Numbered from the stretch's first letter, positions 24,801 to 38,041 are shown. The stretch: DNA of 64,000 bases from Balanoglossus misakiensis (GCA_040954595.2 CM082597.2:124001-188000), one strand, 5' to 3'. Numbers and translations: made by a program. Notes: generated by a model not told the origin, from the letters alone.

Positions 24801-26415
24801 TCTACCTGAGGGAATTAGAGCCACCTCTTCTTGTGCATAAATAATCAAATCAATGTCTTATATGCACCCTAGGTGAGTGTTCGAGAAAGCATTGGAAGTA
24901 TCAAAGAGAGGGAAGCCAAAACAAAGCGGGAAATGTCACAAACCTACGAAACGGTCGATGAGCTGAGTGAATCCGATGTCTACTACTCCACAGTGAAAAC
25001 CACAGAGAGTTCACCTCTCCCTCCCAGCTCACCACCACCACCACTGCCGTCTGATAGTACGAGACCAACCAGTTCAACTTTGTCCCGAGATGTGGGCGCC
25101 ACGCTAACAGTCGGGTCAGGAAACAGAGCCAGTGTGACCAGTGATTTGTATGCAAGTATTGGCGACATGGGTAAGGGTGTGTTTTGGATAGTGGCCACCA
25201 TGGTGTTTTACTGCATTCTAATTAAACACGAAACCACCTGATATTGATGGTAACAACTGGAGGTGAAATAAACCAAATGAAATTACTAGAGGCAAAGTCA
25301 CATCACAGTTCTTCTCTTTCTTTGCTCTTCTTTCTTTCTGTACCGGCAGATGCTTTGCCCAGTGCTGTTCCCCTTGCTGAAGCTGAGTGTCTGGACAAAG
25401 GTATGCAGTACGTGTTTGTGTGTGTGTCTGTCTGTGTTGCTCACCCCATCTATCACTCTACACGTCTGTCACTTCACCTGCACTAAGTCACTGTATCTAT
25501 CATGGTATCATTGTCACCATGACCCAATCTATCACTACATATCATGGTGTGTCACTGTGTCTGTCACCATGTTACCAAGGAGGAAAGTTTCACATGAAGC
25601 TATATGGTTTATCCCATCTGCAATTCAGCAGTCTCCATCCCATATATGTAGAGCAGTGTTTCCTGCAACCCTGTATATATTCAATACTGATACATATTGT
25701 GATGTTTCTTTTTTAGATGACAATTCTGATGGAATGCCTGTGTATGCACAAGTCAATAAACAGAAACGCAATAGTTCTACATCACAGGATGGACAAGGTA
25801 ATGTTATGATTTGCCATGAAACAAAGGAACTGGAAAAATAGCCAGAAGTTACAGAAGGTGGACCTTTAAATTATAAGCATGTGAGACTTTGATCACTTGC
25901 CAAGCACAAACCCACTTCATCAAGTCATAAATAATGAATGTATGTCTTTGCTGTTTGCTACAACTTTTTACTAAAGCACCAACTTATGTTACTCTGCCTA
26001 ATTTGTTATCAGTGGATATGAATGTATGTTTTTCATGCCAATATTTTGTTTATTACCTCTTTCTTATGCAGCTGCTGGTGGGAGTGAAATGTCAAATCCC
26101 ATGTACTCCAAAGTCAACAAGACAAGATCATCACAGAGTTCAGAGCCTGATGACCCCATTGACCCACAGAGCCAGAGGTCAAGCAAGAGGTCAAGTGACC
26201 CTGGATACGCGCGGATCAAGGATCTGCAAGAAGACACAGAACCAGGATATCAAGCCATTGATGAGGTCAAAGGTGAAAGCAATGGTGAGGTCATGCAGAG
26301 CAGTGATATGGTACATATCAGTGAGCACAAAGTAGATGAGAATTTCTGGAAGAAAAAAGACCATATGTACCAGTCTATAACAAAGGATGCTGACAAAGAT
26401 AACGATGATAAGTAA
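18829..26415 (+). CDS. Type-I single-pass transmembrane adaptor, PAG1/Cbp-like, with signal peptide, small Cys-containing ectodomain and a tyrosine-motif-rich disordered tail
   Basis: Phase-consistent exons 18829-19089, 21335-21434, 21593-21773, 21931-21949, 23362-23952, 24070-24239, ~24458-24571, 24873-25170, ~25349-25400, ~25717-25797, 26072-26415. Signal peptide MGSFVISFILVFTTLTCSKS; TM GAVIGGLGGVILLVIVIILC; about 17 Y-x-x-V/I motifs; RRLPEPP, RPLPQQP and APPVPVKL. Confidence 0.75.
19628..19712. repeat. 85-bp near-perfect palindrome bounded by TTAA
   Basis: TTAAGTATTTGAGTATCAGAACTTTTGTTCTCTTT ... AAAGAGAACAAAAGTTGTGATACTCAAATACTTAA. Confidence 0.8.
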
Positions 26416-29400
26416 CTCATTTGACAAACCTTTCTCCCCCAGTTTTCATGTGTTTGGATCCAACCACATCACTGAAAACAATGGGTCAAACCAAATGTTG
26501 GTGCTGAACAGGCAGGTTTGATTTAATCACAGACACTCATAATAAAATTAAATGTGTCACTGTACATAATACTAGGTGGCCCATAATTCAATTTATGTGA
26601 CAAATTAACTGAAGATTTTAATCTGCGATAGATAATTTGGTTTTACGTACAACTCAGCTTGGGAAAACTCCCCGTCTGAGGTCATTTCAGAGTTTTATTT
26701 ACCAAAACTAAATTGTGACAGAGAAGTGTTAAATAATATGAATTTAGAGCATACATGTACTTTTATGATGGTGAAAATTGGTACTTTTGATGACATTAAA
26801 GGCAAGCATTTTAAATGTACTGTATATAAGTTTTAATAATAAGATAATGATAAATTTTGATATATATCATAGTTATGATCATGGTGACAATTTGAAACAT
26901 TTTGTATTTTATCTGTTGGTTTTCAACAGAAGGTGAATTTCATTTGGCAGACACATTTCATTTTGTTGGTTATTATTTTGTGTGCAAGACCAGAGAGTAG
27001 GGGAAGGTTTTAGTTTGTGGTGAGACTTGCAAGTTAGTTGAACTAGTGGAGAGTGAAGTAGCTCAAAAACTGTCTATACTGATTCAATAATGTTCCTGTT
27101 ACAAGAGATGATTAACAATAATGTTACTCTCACAATTTGGTTTCATAATTGTCTTTTCCATATTTTCTGACAAGAAGTTTTTCACAGACATATCATAACT
27201 AGCGATTAAGAGTTGTTGTTTTTTTATTTCATATATGTGATGGTGCATTGGTTACACATGAACATCACGTGTAATACCATTAGAATTTTTGGGTAGTTAT
27301 TCAACAAAAACATGTAATATAGTTACAGTGAACAATTTAGCCTCATTGTAAATTCAGTACTTCTATGTATAATCACATTATAACTATTAACATGGTATGA
27401 CTTTTGGGGGCAATTTGACAAAATGACAGATATAATATAACCATGTAATAATTGTGTAAATATACTTTGGACCATATATTAATGGTACTAAAAGGTTTGT
27501 AAAAATTTACGAGGTACTCGCGTTGTATTAGAGATAGTCAAAGGCAGGTGGGCAGGACATTACATCAGATTCAGTTTCATAGTGTCACTAAAGCCAGACT
27601 TTGATTTAATATTTAATTGCACAACTCACTAAGAGCAGTTTTATTTTCACATTGAGAACCCAAAGCTTCAGAAAAGGTCAACAGAATTTTTTTAAATAGA
27701 AGTTGAAGGAAAGCCTGCATTGTTATTTGTGAAACTATCATGAAATGCTTATCTTGTGCGCAGCTGTTGAAGCCAAGGAGAAAGTTTGATATTACTAAAA
27801 ACAACGATATTGAACCAACATGAACTGATAGGCAGGTTAGAGTAGCAAATATACATTCAAGTATTGGCAGTTTTTGTAATAATTCATAAAGTCAAATTTT
27901 GCAGTTGGTGTATAGTATTTCTTTAAATAAGTGCAATTTAACAGAAAATTTTTAAATATTTTGTCAAATGATTACAATATTATAGCATGTTGCATTATTT
28001 TTAGTCCTATCATAACTTTTATAATTTCAGACATGTTTTTATACACTTTCTTTTTTTAATTCATTTGTAAGAGAATTTTATTTTAGGCGAATATCAACTG
28101 AAGTCAGTAAGATCCATTCTGTGAACATGTAATCAATTTATTCTATGAACGTTCCAAGTCTTTTATTTTCTAACTATTGACAGTGGTGCTACATTGTGGT
28201 GCATTTGTTATTAAAAATTCTTTTGAGGGTCACAAGCCTATATGTATGCAGAGAGATTATTTTAAAATAACACATGATGGCTCGGGCAATATCACAATTT
28301 ATAGCATGCATTTATAGCCAAAGGGGGTCACTGTCCTAGAAGTTAGAACCATTTAATATTTCAACCATTTTGACCCAGAACTATCTGACCTCGACACCTC
28401 TTTCCTACAGCAATGAATGATTAGAACAATTCATTCAAAAGGGAGGATGGGATTTGACATACACTTGTACATGGGTAACTGTGTCAAGATATTGAGACTA
28501 TGCCCTTTGACCTTTGACCATTCAGGCTGAAAATACTGTGATATGGAACCTGAACCCGGAAACTTGTCCTTTATATGCAACCACTTGATTATTAGCTAAA
28601 GGGACAGCATGATAAGTACAGGTGAAAATCAACCACTTAGAGAAGAGTTCACAGATGAAATTGTACCCTTGTAGAAAATTTTGAAATTAACAACATTACT
28701 TACAATTCTTCTTATTTTCCTCTTTGCTGGTGTAGAGAGTATCTTCACATTGGAACCTGGATGATCCCTTTGCAAGATTAAGTCCACAGATTTATCATAA
28801 TCCAGTCCTTTAGATTAAGAGACAAAATAAATTAAATTAATCAGAGATGTATGAAATTATTAAATCAATAAATTTTATAACTTAATATTCATATCATCTT
28901 TGTCATGTGTGGTGAATTTTGTTTCCAGTAGACGGATCTGTCTGGCCTTATTTAGAATTACAATAAATTGCAACCAAGAGTATATCTGGTAATACTATAG
29001 TAGTTATCTGAGCTACTCTCATCCCTATCTGTCAGTGAAAATTACTGAAAACCCATGGCAACATCATTTTATATAGCCATAGCAACAAATATGTCATGTG
29101 CTATTAGTTGTCCAGTGATCTAAGAGAAATGGCAGATTGATCTGGTTGTCAACAGCAACCAGATATGAAAATATGGAGAGAAATGTCTTCTGTAATTCTA
29201 AACGAAAGGACAGTGAGCAGGTACCCACAGAGGACGCCCTTCCAAATATGATGTCAGGTTTCTGAATAATTGAGGTTGACATCTCCTGTTTATAAACATT
29301 CAAATACTATTGTGTGGTAAAACTATGTATAAATTGTACCAGAGTGTTAAGTTTCTATGCTGAGTACAACCTTCTGTTGAGTTAAAAGGCCGGTACCAGG

Positions 29401-30341
29401 TATTATTATAGAGACATGCAGCGAAACAGTGTTGTATAGAATTGCAGAAATAAGCTGCATCAGAGCCGGAAGTAGTTTGGGAAATTATAATGTTTTATTC
29501 ATTTTTATACAATATTTCACATAAGTTTATTACTACAATTACATTTATTAGTATACTGTAAATGTTACTATTTTAAATGAGGCAATTTTTGTTATTAAGA
29601 GTCACTGACTTGGCTATTTGTTAAAATCTGTAAAATAAAAAAATGGAGAATCCAAATTCCAATCTAGATACTCAAAACTAAACTAAAATAACAGAAACTC
29701 AAAAACATTCCTGAATATGAATGGATCAGCAAATCAAGACAAAGGATAATACTGAATGTAAACAAACAGTCATTATTTACTGTGCACAACAAACAAATTT
29801 GCTATTGTGACAACCAACTATTTAGGCTCTGTCCTGATATGTAGAATGGATTGCAGTGTTGTGTAGACATCTGTAATTTCTGCCCATCACATCACCTGGC
29901 AGTTCATGACATGATGATGATCCGGTAACTAAAACTGAATGTTTAAAGTATACACAAGTGTTGATTGGCTGGTACAGAAAACAGGAAAATTACCACCAAT
30001 CATTTGATTATCAATGGACCAAAAAATGCTTTTTAGCATTCAGACACTAACTGTTCAAACTTTAAGAGGAACTATACATACAATTACAAACCTGCATCTA
30101 ACTACTTCCACATTTTGCTAGTGTTCTATACATCTTTGCTACTTTATATTCAATAGGGCAATTTTCAGGTATATCACACTATCCAATCTTAGGTAAACAA
30201 TTTGTGAAACAAATTAAATGTTCTCTGCTTCCCTAGTTTCTGTGTATCTTATACAGTTATTGTCCACTGCACTTATCGTAGTTCAAACACATTAGGACAT
30301 CTTCAAATACATGTAGTGGTCAGTGGCCACATTTTAGGCCA

Positions 30342-32474
30342 TCACAGTCCAAAGACAGTGATCACACTAGAGGACATCAGAGACTGCTCCGAGTGGTGTG
30401 TTACCATGACATCATGTGGCATGCGGGGACTAACAGTAATGCCAGTGACGTACCACAGAGCATCATCATTATCACCAAGGCAACCGAGGAATACACCATC
30501 CATGGTGAAGACTTGTACTTTGTGGTTGCTGCAGACATAGATGTTGTCTTCCTGATCCAAAGCCAAGCCTCTTGGATATTCAAATTCTCCCACTGCTTTG
30601 CCATGACTTCCAAAGCTGAACTTGAATCTTCCCTCAAGGTCAAACACCTGAATACGGTGGTTGTAGTAGTCACTGACAATGACGTCATCCATACTTGTAA
30701 CTACAACAGCCCATGGAAACTTGAACTGGCCATCTCCGCTACCATAACTACCAAACTTCTTCAGATAACGACCATTTCTGTCGTATATGAAGATGCAATG
30801 AGACTGGATATCGGTAACAAACAGTCGACCGGTCTTGGAGTTGGCGACACTCAATGGTGATGTCAATGTTGACTCACCAAAATCAAATTTCTTCTTTCCT
30901 TCAATATCACAAACAACAACTTGACATTTCTCGATATCTGTAATGGCCACTTCCTTCTCATTAATGGCATGAATATCACGGGGTTCAAATTCTTCTTCAT
31001 CGTCAGTAGCTGAAAAATGTCGTACATAGTCACAGTGTCTGTTTAATACAACAACACCTCGCAACGTGTCAGCTGCTAGCACCTCACCTTTTGTCGTCAT
31101 AGCAACACCGAGTGGCAAGATGAGCTTTGTAGCTGGATCATCATTACCCCCAATGGAGATCTTCTTCTTGAAATGAAGATATTCGATTGGCTTGCCATCT
31201 GGTCTCACTCCAATGGGATCTCTGTTCAGGGCCAGATCAATTTCTCTGTTTGGGTTGAACGGTACCCTGGTCAAATACCCAAAACCTTTGGCTGTTAATT
31301 CTTCCATGACAGTCTTATTTGCTGAGAAGATGAGCACTTCCTGATCAGCTATTTTGTCTGTATTATTTTGCCTGTCATACCTGGTGCTTAATTCTCTTCG
31401 CAGACTCTCTTGTCTTCGAATACCGTTTTGGTTATCTCTTGAAGACTTGTATTGTTTCTGCTGTAGTTGATTTTGTATCATACTGTAGTGATCCACTACG
31501 TCTTTTGTTAGACTTTCTTCTTGTCTTAAGACTTCGGTGCGTATCTCATCTGCCCATCTTTTGATATCTCTCAAAACGTCAGTGGTTTGCTGTTCCAACT
31601 CTTCTTCCTGCTTTGCAATACTTTGTAAACCATCTTCAGTGAAGTTGTTTTCAACCAGAGTTTCGTTTTGGCTTTGATGGGCTTGTTCTTCATAAAGTTC
31701 CACCAGGTCATGTGACTCCATTTTATGGAAGGTGTGTTGACATTCTTGACAGAGGGCAACTTTGCATGTATGACATAAATACTGTAATGCCTTCCCAGGA
31801 TGCATCGGACACATCTGGCTATCAAAGTTTCGTACTCTAGCTGGTCGCTTGTCTTTCAGAGTGATGACATCATGATCCCAGTATCCTTCTTTCATCTTGT
31901 GTTCTGCTCTGCATTCTTTGCATAATTGCTGTCGGCAGTGATTACAGAATGCCACGGCAACACCATTGCAAAGACTGCAACTATGTTCACTGGCATTATT
32001 TTGCATCCATGACATTTGCCTTGGTTCACTTGATGATTTAACTGTGTTCTGACTTCCGTAGATCTTCTCAGTTTTACTACGCAATGACTCTCTGTATATT
32101 TTCTCGCCATCCTGGTCCTCATTCCTCGACGATCTTTGGTACTGAATCTGTGACGAGTCTGATTGCAAGGGGCTTCTGACCTTTGACCCAACCAATGATC
32201 CAGTATCTTGGGAAGTGTAACTGCCATGTGACCTGGCCTGTCCTAACCAGGGTCTGATGTCAGGAATTGCAGGTACACCTCCAACTGGTAAACGATGGAC
32301 CCTCTCACAGGTCAGACACTTCAATCGACCAGCAAGTGACACAGCTACGTGAAGAAGGCAATCATAACAAAAGGGGTGTGAACATGGCAGAACTTTTAAA
32401 TTGTCCAAGTAATTCTTGCATCCTGGACATTGAAGGTCTTCGAAGATACTTGTATGTTCTTCAAAATATGCCAT
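30342..32474 (-). CDS. TRIM-NHL E3 ubiquitin ligase (RING, two B-boxes, coiled coil, NHL repeats; TRIM2/3/71-like); single coding exon
   Basis: ORF of ~710 aa starting MAYFEEH (ATG 32474, just downstream of an acceptor at ~32491). RING CPGC..PCSHPFCYDC..CLTC; B-box CSLC..FCNHCRQQLCKECRAEH; B-box CPMHPGKALQYLCHTCKVALCQEC; NHL repeats 'FGSYGSGDGQFKFPWAV', 'SDYYNHRIQVF', 'GEFEYPRGLALD'. Confidence 0.93.
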   Translation of the reverse strand: MAYFEEHTSIFEDLQCPGCKNYLDNLKVLPCSHPFCYDCLLHVAVSLAGRLKCLTCERVHRLPVGGVPAIPDIRPWLGQARSHGSYTSQDTGSLVGSKVRSPLQSDSSQIQYQRSSRNEDQDGEKIYRESLRSKTEKIYGSQNTVKSSSEPRQMSWMQNNASEHSCSLCNGVAVAFCNHCRQQLCKECRAEHKMKEGYWDHDVITLKDKRPARVRNFDSQMCPMHPGKALQYLCHTCKVALCQECQHTFHKMESHDLVELYEEQAHQSQNETLVENNFTEDGLQSIAKQEEELEQQTTDVLRDIKRWADEIRTEVLRQEESLTKDVVDHYSMIQNQLQQKQYKSSRDNQNGIRRQESLRRELSTRYDRQNNTDKIADQEVLIFSANKTVMEELTAKGFGYLTRVPFNPNREIDLALNRDPIGVRPDGKPIEYLHFKKKISIGGNDDPATKLILPLGVAMTTKGEVLAADTLRGVVVLNRHCDYVRHFSATDDEEEFEPRDIHAINEKEVAITDIEKCQVVVCDIEGKKKFDFGESTLTSPLSVANSKTGRLFVTDIQSHCIFIYDRNGRYLKKFGSYGSGDGQFKFPWAVVVTSMDDVIVSDYYNHRIQVFDLEGRFKFSFGSHGKAVGEFEYPRGLALDQEDNIYVCSNHKVQVFTMDGVFLGCLGDNDDALWYVTGITVSPRMPHDVMVTHHSEQSLMSSSVITVFGL

Positions 32475-34163
32475 GATGTTCAATGTTTTCCTGAAAGATA
32501 AAATATGCAGAAGTTTATTTTATACCATGAACAAAACAAAAGTTATTTTCTTTTTCCAAATGTGAATTAAAGTTTGCCTTAAAAGTTTGTTTTTAGTGAC
32601 ACCCCTGAAGAATTACATAAACTATCGCTCGTTGGCGAGTCCAATAACTTCCATTTGGTGAAAAAAAAAACATTAAATGCATATAGTACGTTGTGAAAAA
32701 TACGTAAATTACTTCCGCCTTCCACTGGAGAGGGGCTACTTCCACCAACACGACCAACAACTAACACATTTGCGTCGCCATATTAATTATTGGCACCAAC
32801 CAAGACGGAAGTCCAATATACCTGTACTACTCTGGGACGCACGTCCGGCGATCGTCACACATTGACATGTTACGATCGATCGATCGCCAGACGTCCCAGC
32901 ATAGACTGGTCTATGGTTCCAACTACTGTTTTGACTTTTTCGTTTAACTCCGACAGGTTGTTGGGCTACCGTCCGTCATGTCACAAGGAACAGCCAGTGC
33001 ATTGCAATGTGATCACTGATGTCCCTGGACACGCCCTCATCTACGATACCTTCCACTTAATTTAATTACGCACAAGTTAATAACGGATCAAATATGTCTT
33101 AACGACCAATTACTTCCCTAACGTCGTTCTTGTATATTCATATAGCATGACAGTTAAGGCACGGTTCAAACCATGGATCGTCCAAAATGACCAGACATCT
33201 AATAAAACTGAAAAACAATCACACACAAATATACGCACCTTTGCAAACACTGCGAACGCACTATCTGTAGACTGGATGACCTCGGGTTAGATATCAGCGC
33301 ATCGTTTGATAAACTTCGGCAATTGCCCAAAAATCGCACCCACAGTCCACACGCCCACAATCATGAATGAGTGATCCTCGTTGTAACCTCGTTTCAACAG
33401 TGACTAACTTTCAATAGCTGGTTCGGACGTAAATACACAATGCAAGAGGCTAGAGGTCTTATATAATTGCCTCCCACAGTTTGTGTGTGACACGTAGCGA
33501 GTGGTACAAACGGGAACGACCAACACGTTCTGTGACCGAGAACTTGAGCGCTCGCAATCGTTAAAACATTTCCAGTAAATTATTAATTTGATGTTTAGCT
33601 GTTGTTAATCATTAGCTTCCTTAGAAACCATTGGCTTTGAGGGATATGTGTAACCCGTATGTACGCACGAAGCAAAAGAGCAGGGCAAAGACCGATTTGG
33701 TTGGCGAAGCACGGAGAAACTTTGCATTTGTTTAGCCTACATACATCAGAATTGGATTTACAAATGTAAATGAGTATGAGAGAGGTTGTTCTTACACAGC
33801 CAACCTTACATGCTAGATTTACATAAACCTTGGTACTTTGTGTCAAACATACAACACATGAATCTACAAAACTCACCCCACCACTCGTAGAATTAGCGGG
33901 AGAAGGGAAGGCCTCCAACTTCGCCGTCTGCCTCCATAGCACTCCGCCATGTTTTTCGTGAGAGATGATGATGGGCGCGCGCGCGTTCCACCTGGCAGCT
34001 AATTGACTTTTTAATATTAATAAACAGGTATATTTAGACCAATAAAGCGGCTGTATAGCAAGCGGTGCGAGTACAAAGGCAAAATAGACCAATCGTACCA
34101 GGTTAGGTAGACTTTGATACAAATTTAGATGGGTAATATAAACAAGCGAAGTGGCGTTATCAG

Positions 34164-34213
34164 TAGCCCGGAGACCAGGTTGTATTCTAGATCGACGCCC
34201 TGGTCTCCAGGCT
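34164..34213. mobile_element. 50-bp hairpin insertion flanked by an 8-bp direct repeat
   Basis: TAGCCCGGAGACCAGG...CCTGGTCTCCAGGCT flanked by GTTATCAG at 34156-34163 and 34214-34221. Confidence 0.6.
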
Positions 34214-34888
34214 GTTATCAGGAGCACAAAATCAGTGAAAGTACACACCAAAATTTTATTTTTGAACATCAAAATTGAATGGTAGAAACTGAGGTAAGAC
34301 CAGTTATTGATTAATAAGTCCAGACGCCTTACAAACAAACTCAGGTTACTGCTATAACTATGTAACAAAAAGGCACAATGACCTGTAGAAACTGCACTGA
34401 ATTAATCCCTTAGATGTTTTGTTGACTACTCATGGTGCTGCCCTTGGGTAAGTAGTCGTACAGTGGAGGTCACTCGTCCAGTTTACAGGAAAACCTGCTC
34501 ATATCTGTTGGGAGGCAGTTCACCATTGTTCACTGCCATTTTCTAATGAATTGTAAATCATATTCAGAGATCAAAGTAGGTTGCACTCATAGTTTATTAG
34601 ACGTCAAAAGGTCAAAGTTCAATTGCAGAAAGTTCTGCAGAGAAGACAAATCAATTTTTATGAAGACGCTTCACTTTGTTGTTTATCTTGCATGTCTTCA
34701 ATCCAAGGTCCATCACTGTCAACATAAATCTGAAAGAGCAAATATTATATAATAAAGTAAATCCCACTTTGGCATCTCATGCTGCACAGTCATACAGTCG
34801 CTTATTCAAATTCAGTTACCATGGAAAGTGGAGATCTGGCCAATTACAGACCAGGCGTCCATATTGAAAAAAGTGCGCCCCCACATGC

Positions 34889-37800
34889 TCATTTGAAGAC
34901 TTTGAAACACCCTTTTCTTTTTATACAAGTGATATGCTAGAATATGTCACTCATTTTCAATTAGAAGCATGAAATGCCACGGAATATTTTTGATTTGCAT
35001 TGACTTACCGGTTTTCTAGCCCTTTCCTCTATGGGTTCCAATACTGTATGATGTATCTGTGAGAAATCACAATATAATATCTGTCAAATTAAGATTGTTT
35101 TGCGACATTAACCTCTCAAGCCTGAACCTTTGTTGTACAGGGGTATATTTGGGTATACTACCTGAAATTAATGTCTGGAAGGGTTAAATTTTGAAGAAAC
35201 TTTGCACAAAACAAATCACACACAGCATAAATTGTTTCTCTCAGAGTAGCCAACTTCCAAACTTACCCTGTAGAATTCTGCTGGTAAAGCAACACCTTGA
35301 AACCTCTGTAGTTTTCCCTAGTTAAGAAAATAACATCACAATTACTATTTACCCTATTTAATGAAATAGCAAGACACTATTTAGGGGAAAAACAAATGAG
35401 AACTTTGTGTCTAGCCATGTCACAGAATGTGTCTGAATGGAACTGATTGCAAATTCCTGTAGTTAAAAGTCTGGACAAAACATACTTACATGTTCTGAAA
35501 GATGACTCTTGATGTTATGGACCTAGAAAGATATATAATTCACGAGTTACAAACTCTTCGGGGAATATCAGAATGACAATATTCTGTTTTTTCTTCTGCC
35601 ATACTCTTAGTATTAGCAGTAACGACTGACACCCATCAGTGAGGACCTACTACTAAACAACTAGACTAGCAAAGCTAGGCTACATTCTAACAATTTAATT
35701 TGCTTTACATCTGGGTCAATCCAAACCATGATGTGATGTAATACTTACAGCTGTCACGGAGAAATGTTTTGCAAATCTCGTGCTGGTTACCATGGGACCT
35801 TTACTGATATCTACAAAATCACCACATCTATAAAGAACCGTTGAACTTTGTCCAGATTCTTCAATTTGTTTCTTTTTGTACCTGTAAACCAAAGAAAGCA
35901 AAATGTATTGACAGAAATTGAGTCTGCAAACACGCTTCTAATTGAGACGGATAACTTGCTACATCAAAGCAATTTTGTCGTCATGCTGTTTTTCATCATT
36001 TTGTTCTCCTCTAATTTGATTACAAATGTTTACAATGAGACAAAGTATTATGAAATAACTCGCCATCACAGTTGCTTAGAAATATGTCTCCATACATAGA
36101 CTGAGAAAATATCAACAACATTTACCTGTTGTCCTGAAATATTTGAAGGGCAAGATTTGTGTCGACAGTTAATCTTTCAAAGGGCAGTTCTTGCTCTTGA
36201 ATTTTAAACGCCATTTGACTCAGACACATCAACTCTTGAACAGTTGGATTCCAATCCTCCATATGAAGATCAGCATCATAACAAAAGCAACCAGCACTCA
36301 CTGTAACAATCAAAGTTGGTATTAATTATGATTAAATGGTTAAGAAGGCCATGCAGTGTTCATTTTCAATTTACGGCAATGTCATAGATATTTGTTCAAA
36401 GAAAATCACTGAATCTACACAACACAAACAAGGGATAAAGGACAGAAGTGGCAACTTACCTGGAATATCAGGAGATCGTACTAAATCAACGTAAAAAGCA
36501 TCTTTGAAGGCACTTGTAATTATAGAACCTAAAATATGCGAACAGGACCTCCAATAAGCCTGTAAAATCATCCATATACAATAATTACAATGAGTTCATA
36601 AAGCCTGGCAAAATATGAAACTCAAGAAAAGTCAATGTGACATCATAATTAAATGGGTCTGAAGGAAAGTATAAGGATTTAATTCAAGGTAGGATCTGGT
36701 CTAGATATCATGCAAGCTTACTTCAAGAGGTGTATTTGACAATGACCTAGTGCCCTTCTACAAAGTGACCTATTGACCATCATATACTGACCTTATTGAC
36801 CTCTTCTGGTTCATCACTCTTGAAATGTAACAGCTGAACATCACAGTCTTCTGTTAATGGTTGTAACATATCCCATATTTGTCCATTGACCATAGCTAAG
36901 GCTGATCTATCCCGATAAATTTTGTTTAAATCTGCAGGAAGATTACAGGGCAGAAAAGAGTTGTGAAGATTTAGTGACTCACCGCTATACACCACCACCT
37001 CACTTTACAAATAACAGCTTCTCAACAATTCCCAGCAAGCAGATCCTGTTATGGTCTCTGAAGAGTTGAACACTAAAAATCTACAGAATTCAACAGTTTA
37101 GGGTTCAGTATAGAATACTTACGCATTGCTACATGGTACGGCGTTGATAATCCCTTGTTCATGACCAATGTGCATGGATTACTGTCATCTACAAGATTCA
37201 CTCGAATTTTCTCGATTCTTGTCACCAGGGACAACTGTCGCTGCTTTTCTTTTTCAAAGAGTTTACTTTGTCTTGTCGATACATCAAGATTTGTATGTTT
37301 GTTGGTGTTGCCATAATGTCCTGAAAATCAGAGTTTTTACTTGTTCTTTACGACTGCATGTTGTCTATCAGTTTTCTCTAATTGTTAACACGATCTAATG
37401 CAAGAAATGGCCGCCTGGTGGCCATATTGCAAAACAATTGAAAGGCATATTTTTAAGTGATGATACAGTAGTCTCGGTTACCCAGACTCCTCTGCTTCTT
37501 CTGGAGCGCAGCGGAAGAAGCAGAGGAGTCTGGGTAACTGAGACTTATGATACAGCAGGTTAATACCCATTATGGATTGGTAACCCATATTGGCTTGAAT
37601 CGTCATACCAATTGATGTTTACATGTACATCACAGTCTATTGTCCTGATACCAAGTGTGAATGAAATATTATGCAGGCATAGGAAAATCACAACAAAATG
37701 GCCGCCTGTCTATAATGCACTAGTGCAGTGGGTCATAATCACAGTCTTTTATTGTGTCAACACTGGAAAACTGATCATAAATAGAATGGTATCAGAAAAT

Positions 37801-38041
37801 AAATTAGCGTGCACACATGTACATCATGGAACACTCCACTTACAAGGCTTGAATGGTACCCCCCTCTCAAGACTTCGTAGGGCATCCCCCCCCCCCCCTC
37901 CCTCCCAAATCGTAAGGGCCAAGGGACCATACGAATTCCCTGCAGTTGATAGATATTGTAACGATAACAAGACTTACTTGTACATCGCAACTTTGCAAAA
38001 CTCCTAAATAAAACTCGTCCTCGCATAATGTATATATTCAT
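34889..38041 (-). CDS. MRPL39: Mitochondrial large ribosomal subunit protein mL39
   Basis: Exons ~38041-37978 (Arg-rich targeting peptide MRGRVLFRSFAKLR), 37320-37122, 36931-36792, 36559-36460, 36301-36126, 35881-35750, 35522-35490, 35317-35268, 35056-35009, 34936-34889 (last exon less certain). TGS/ThrRS-like motifs 'LFEKEKQRQ..RIEKI', 'MNKGLSTPY', 'WDMLQPLTEDC..LLHFK..VNKAYWRSCSHILG', 'GCFCYD', 'LYRCGDFVDISKGP', 'QRFQGVALP'. Confidence 0.92.
37469..37546. mobile_element. 78-bp hairpin element with 9-bp target-site duplication in MRPL39 intron 1
   Basis: 32-bp arms AGTCTCGGTTACCCAGACTCCTCTGCTTCTTC / GAAGAAGCAGAGGAGTCTGGGTAACTGAGACT (one G-T mismatch), flanked by ATGATACAG at 37460-37468 and 37547-37555. 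Confidence 0.75.

Noticed and set aside
33595-34368. 257-aa minus-strand ORF
   Set aside because: Non-ATG start, no recognisable domain, composition like non-coding DNA, and it runs through a hairpin insertion.
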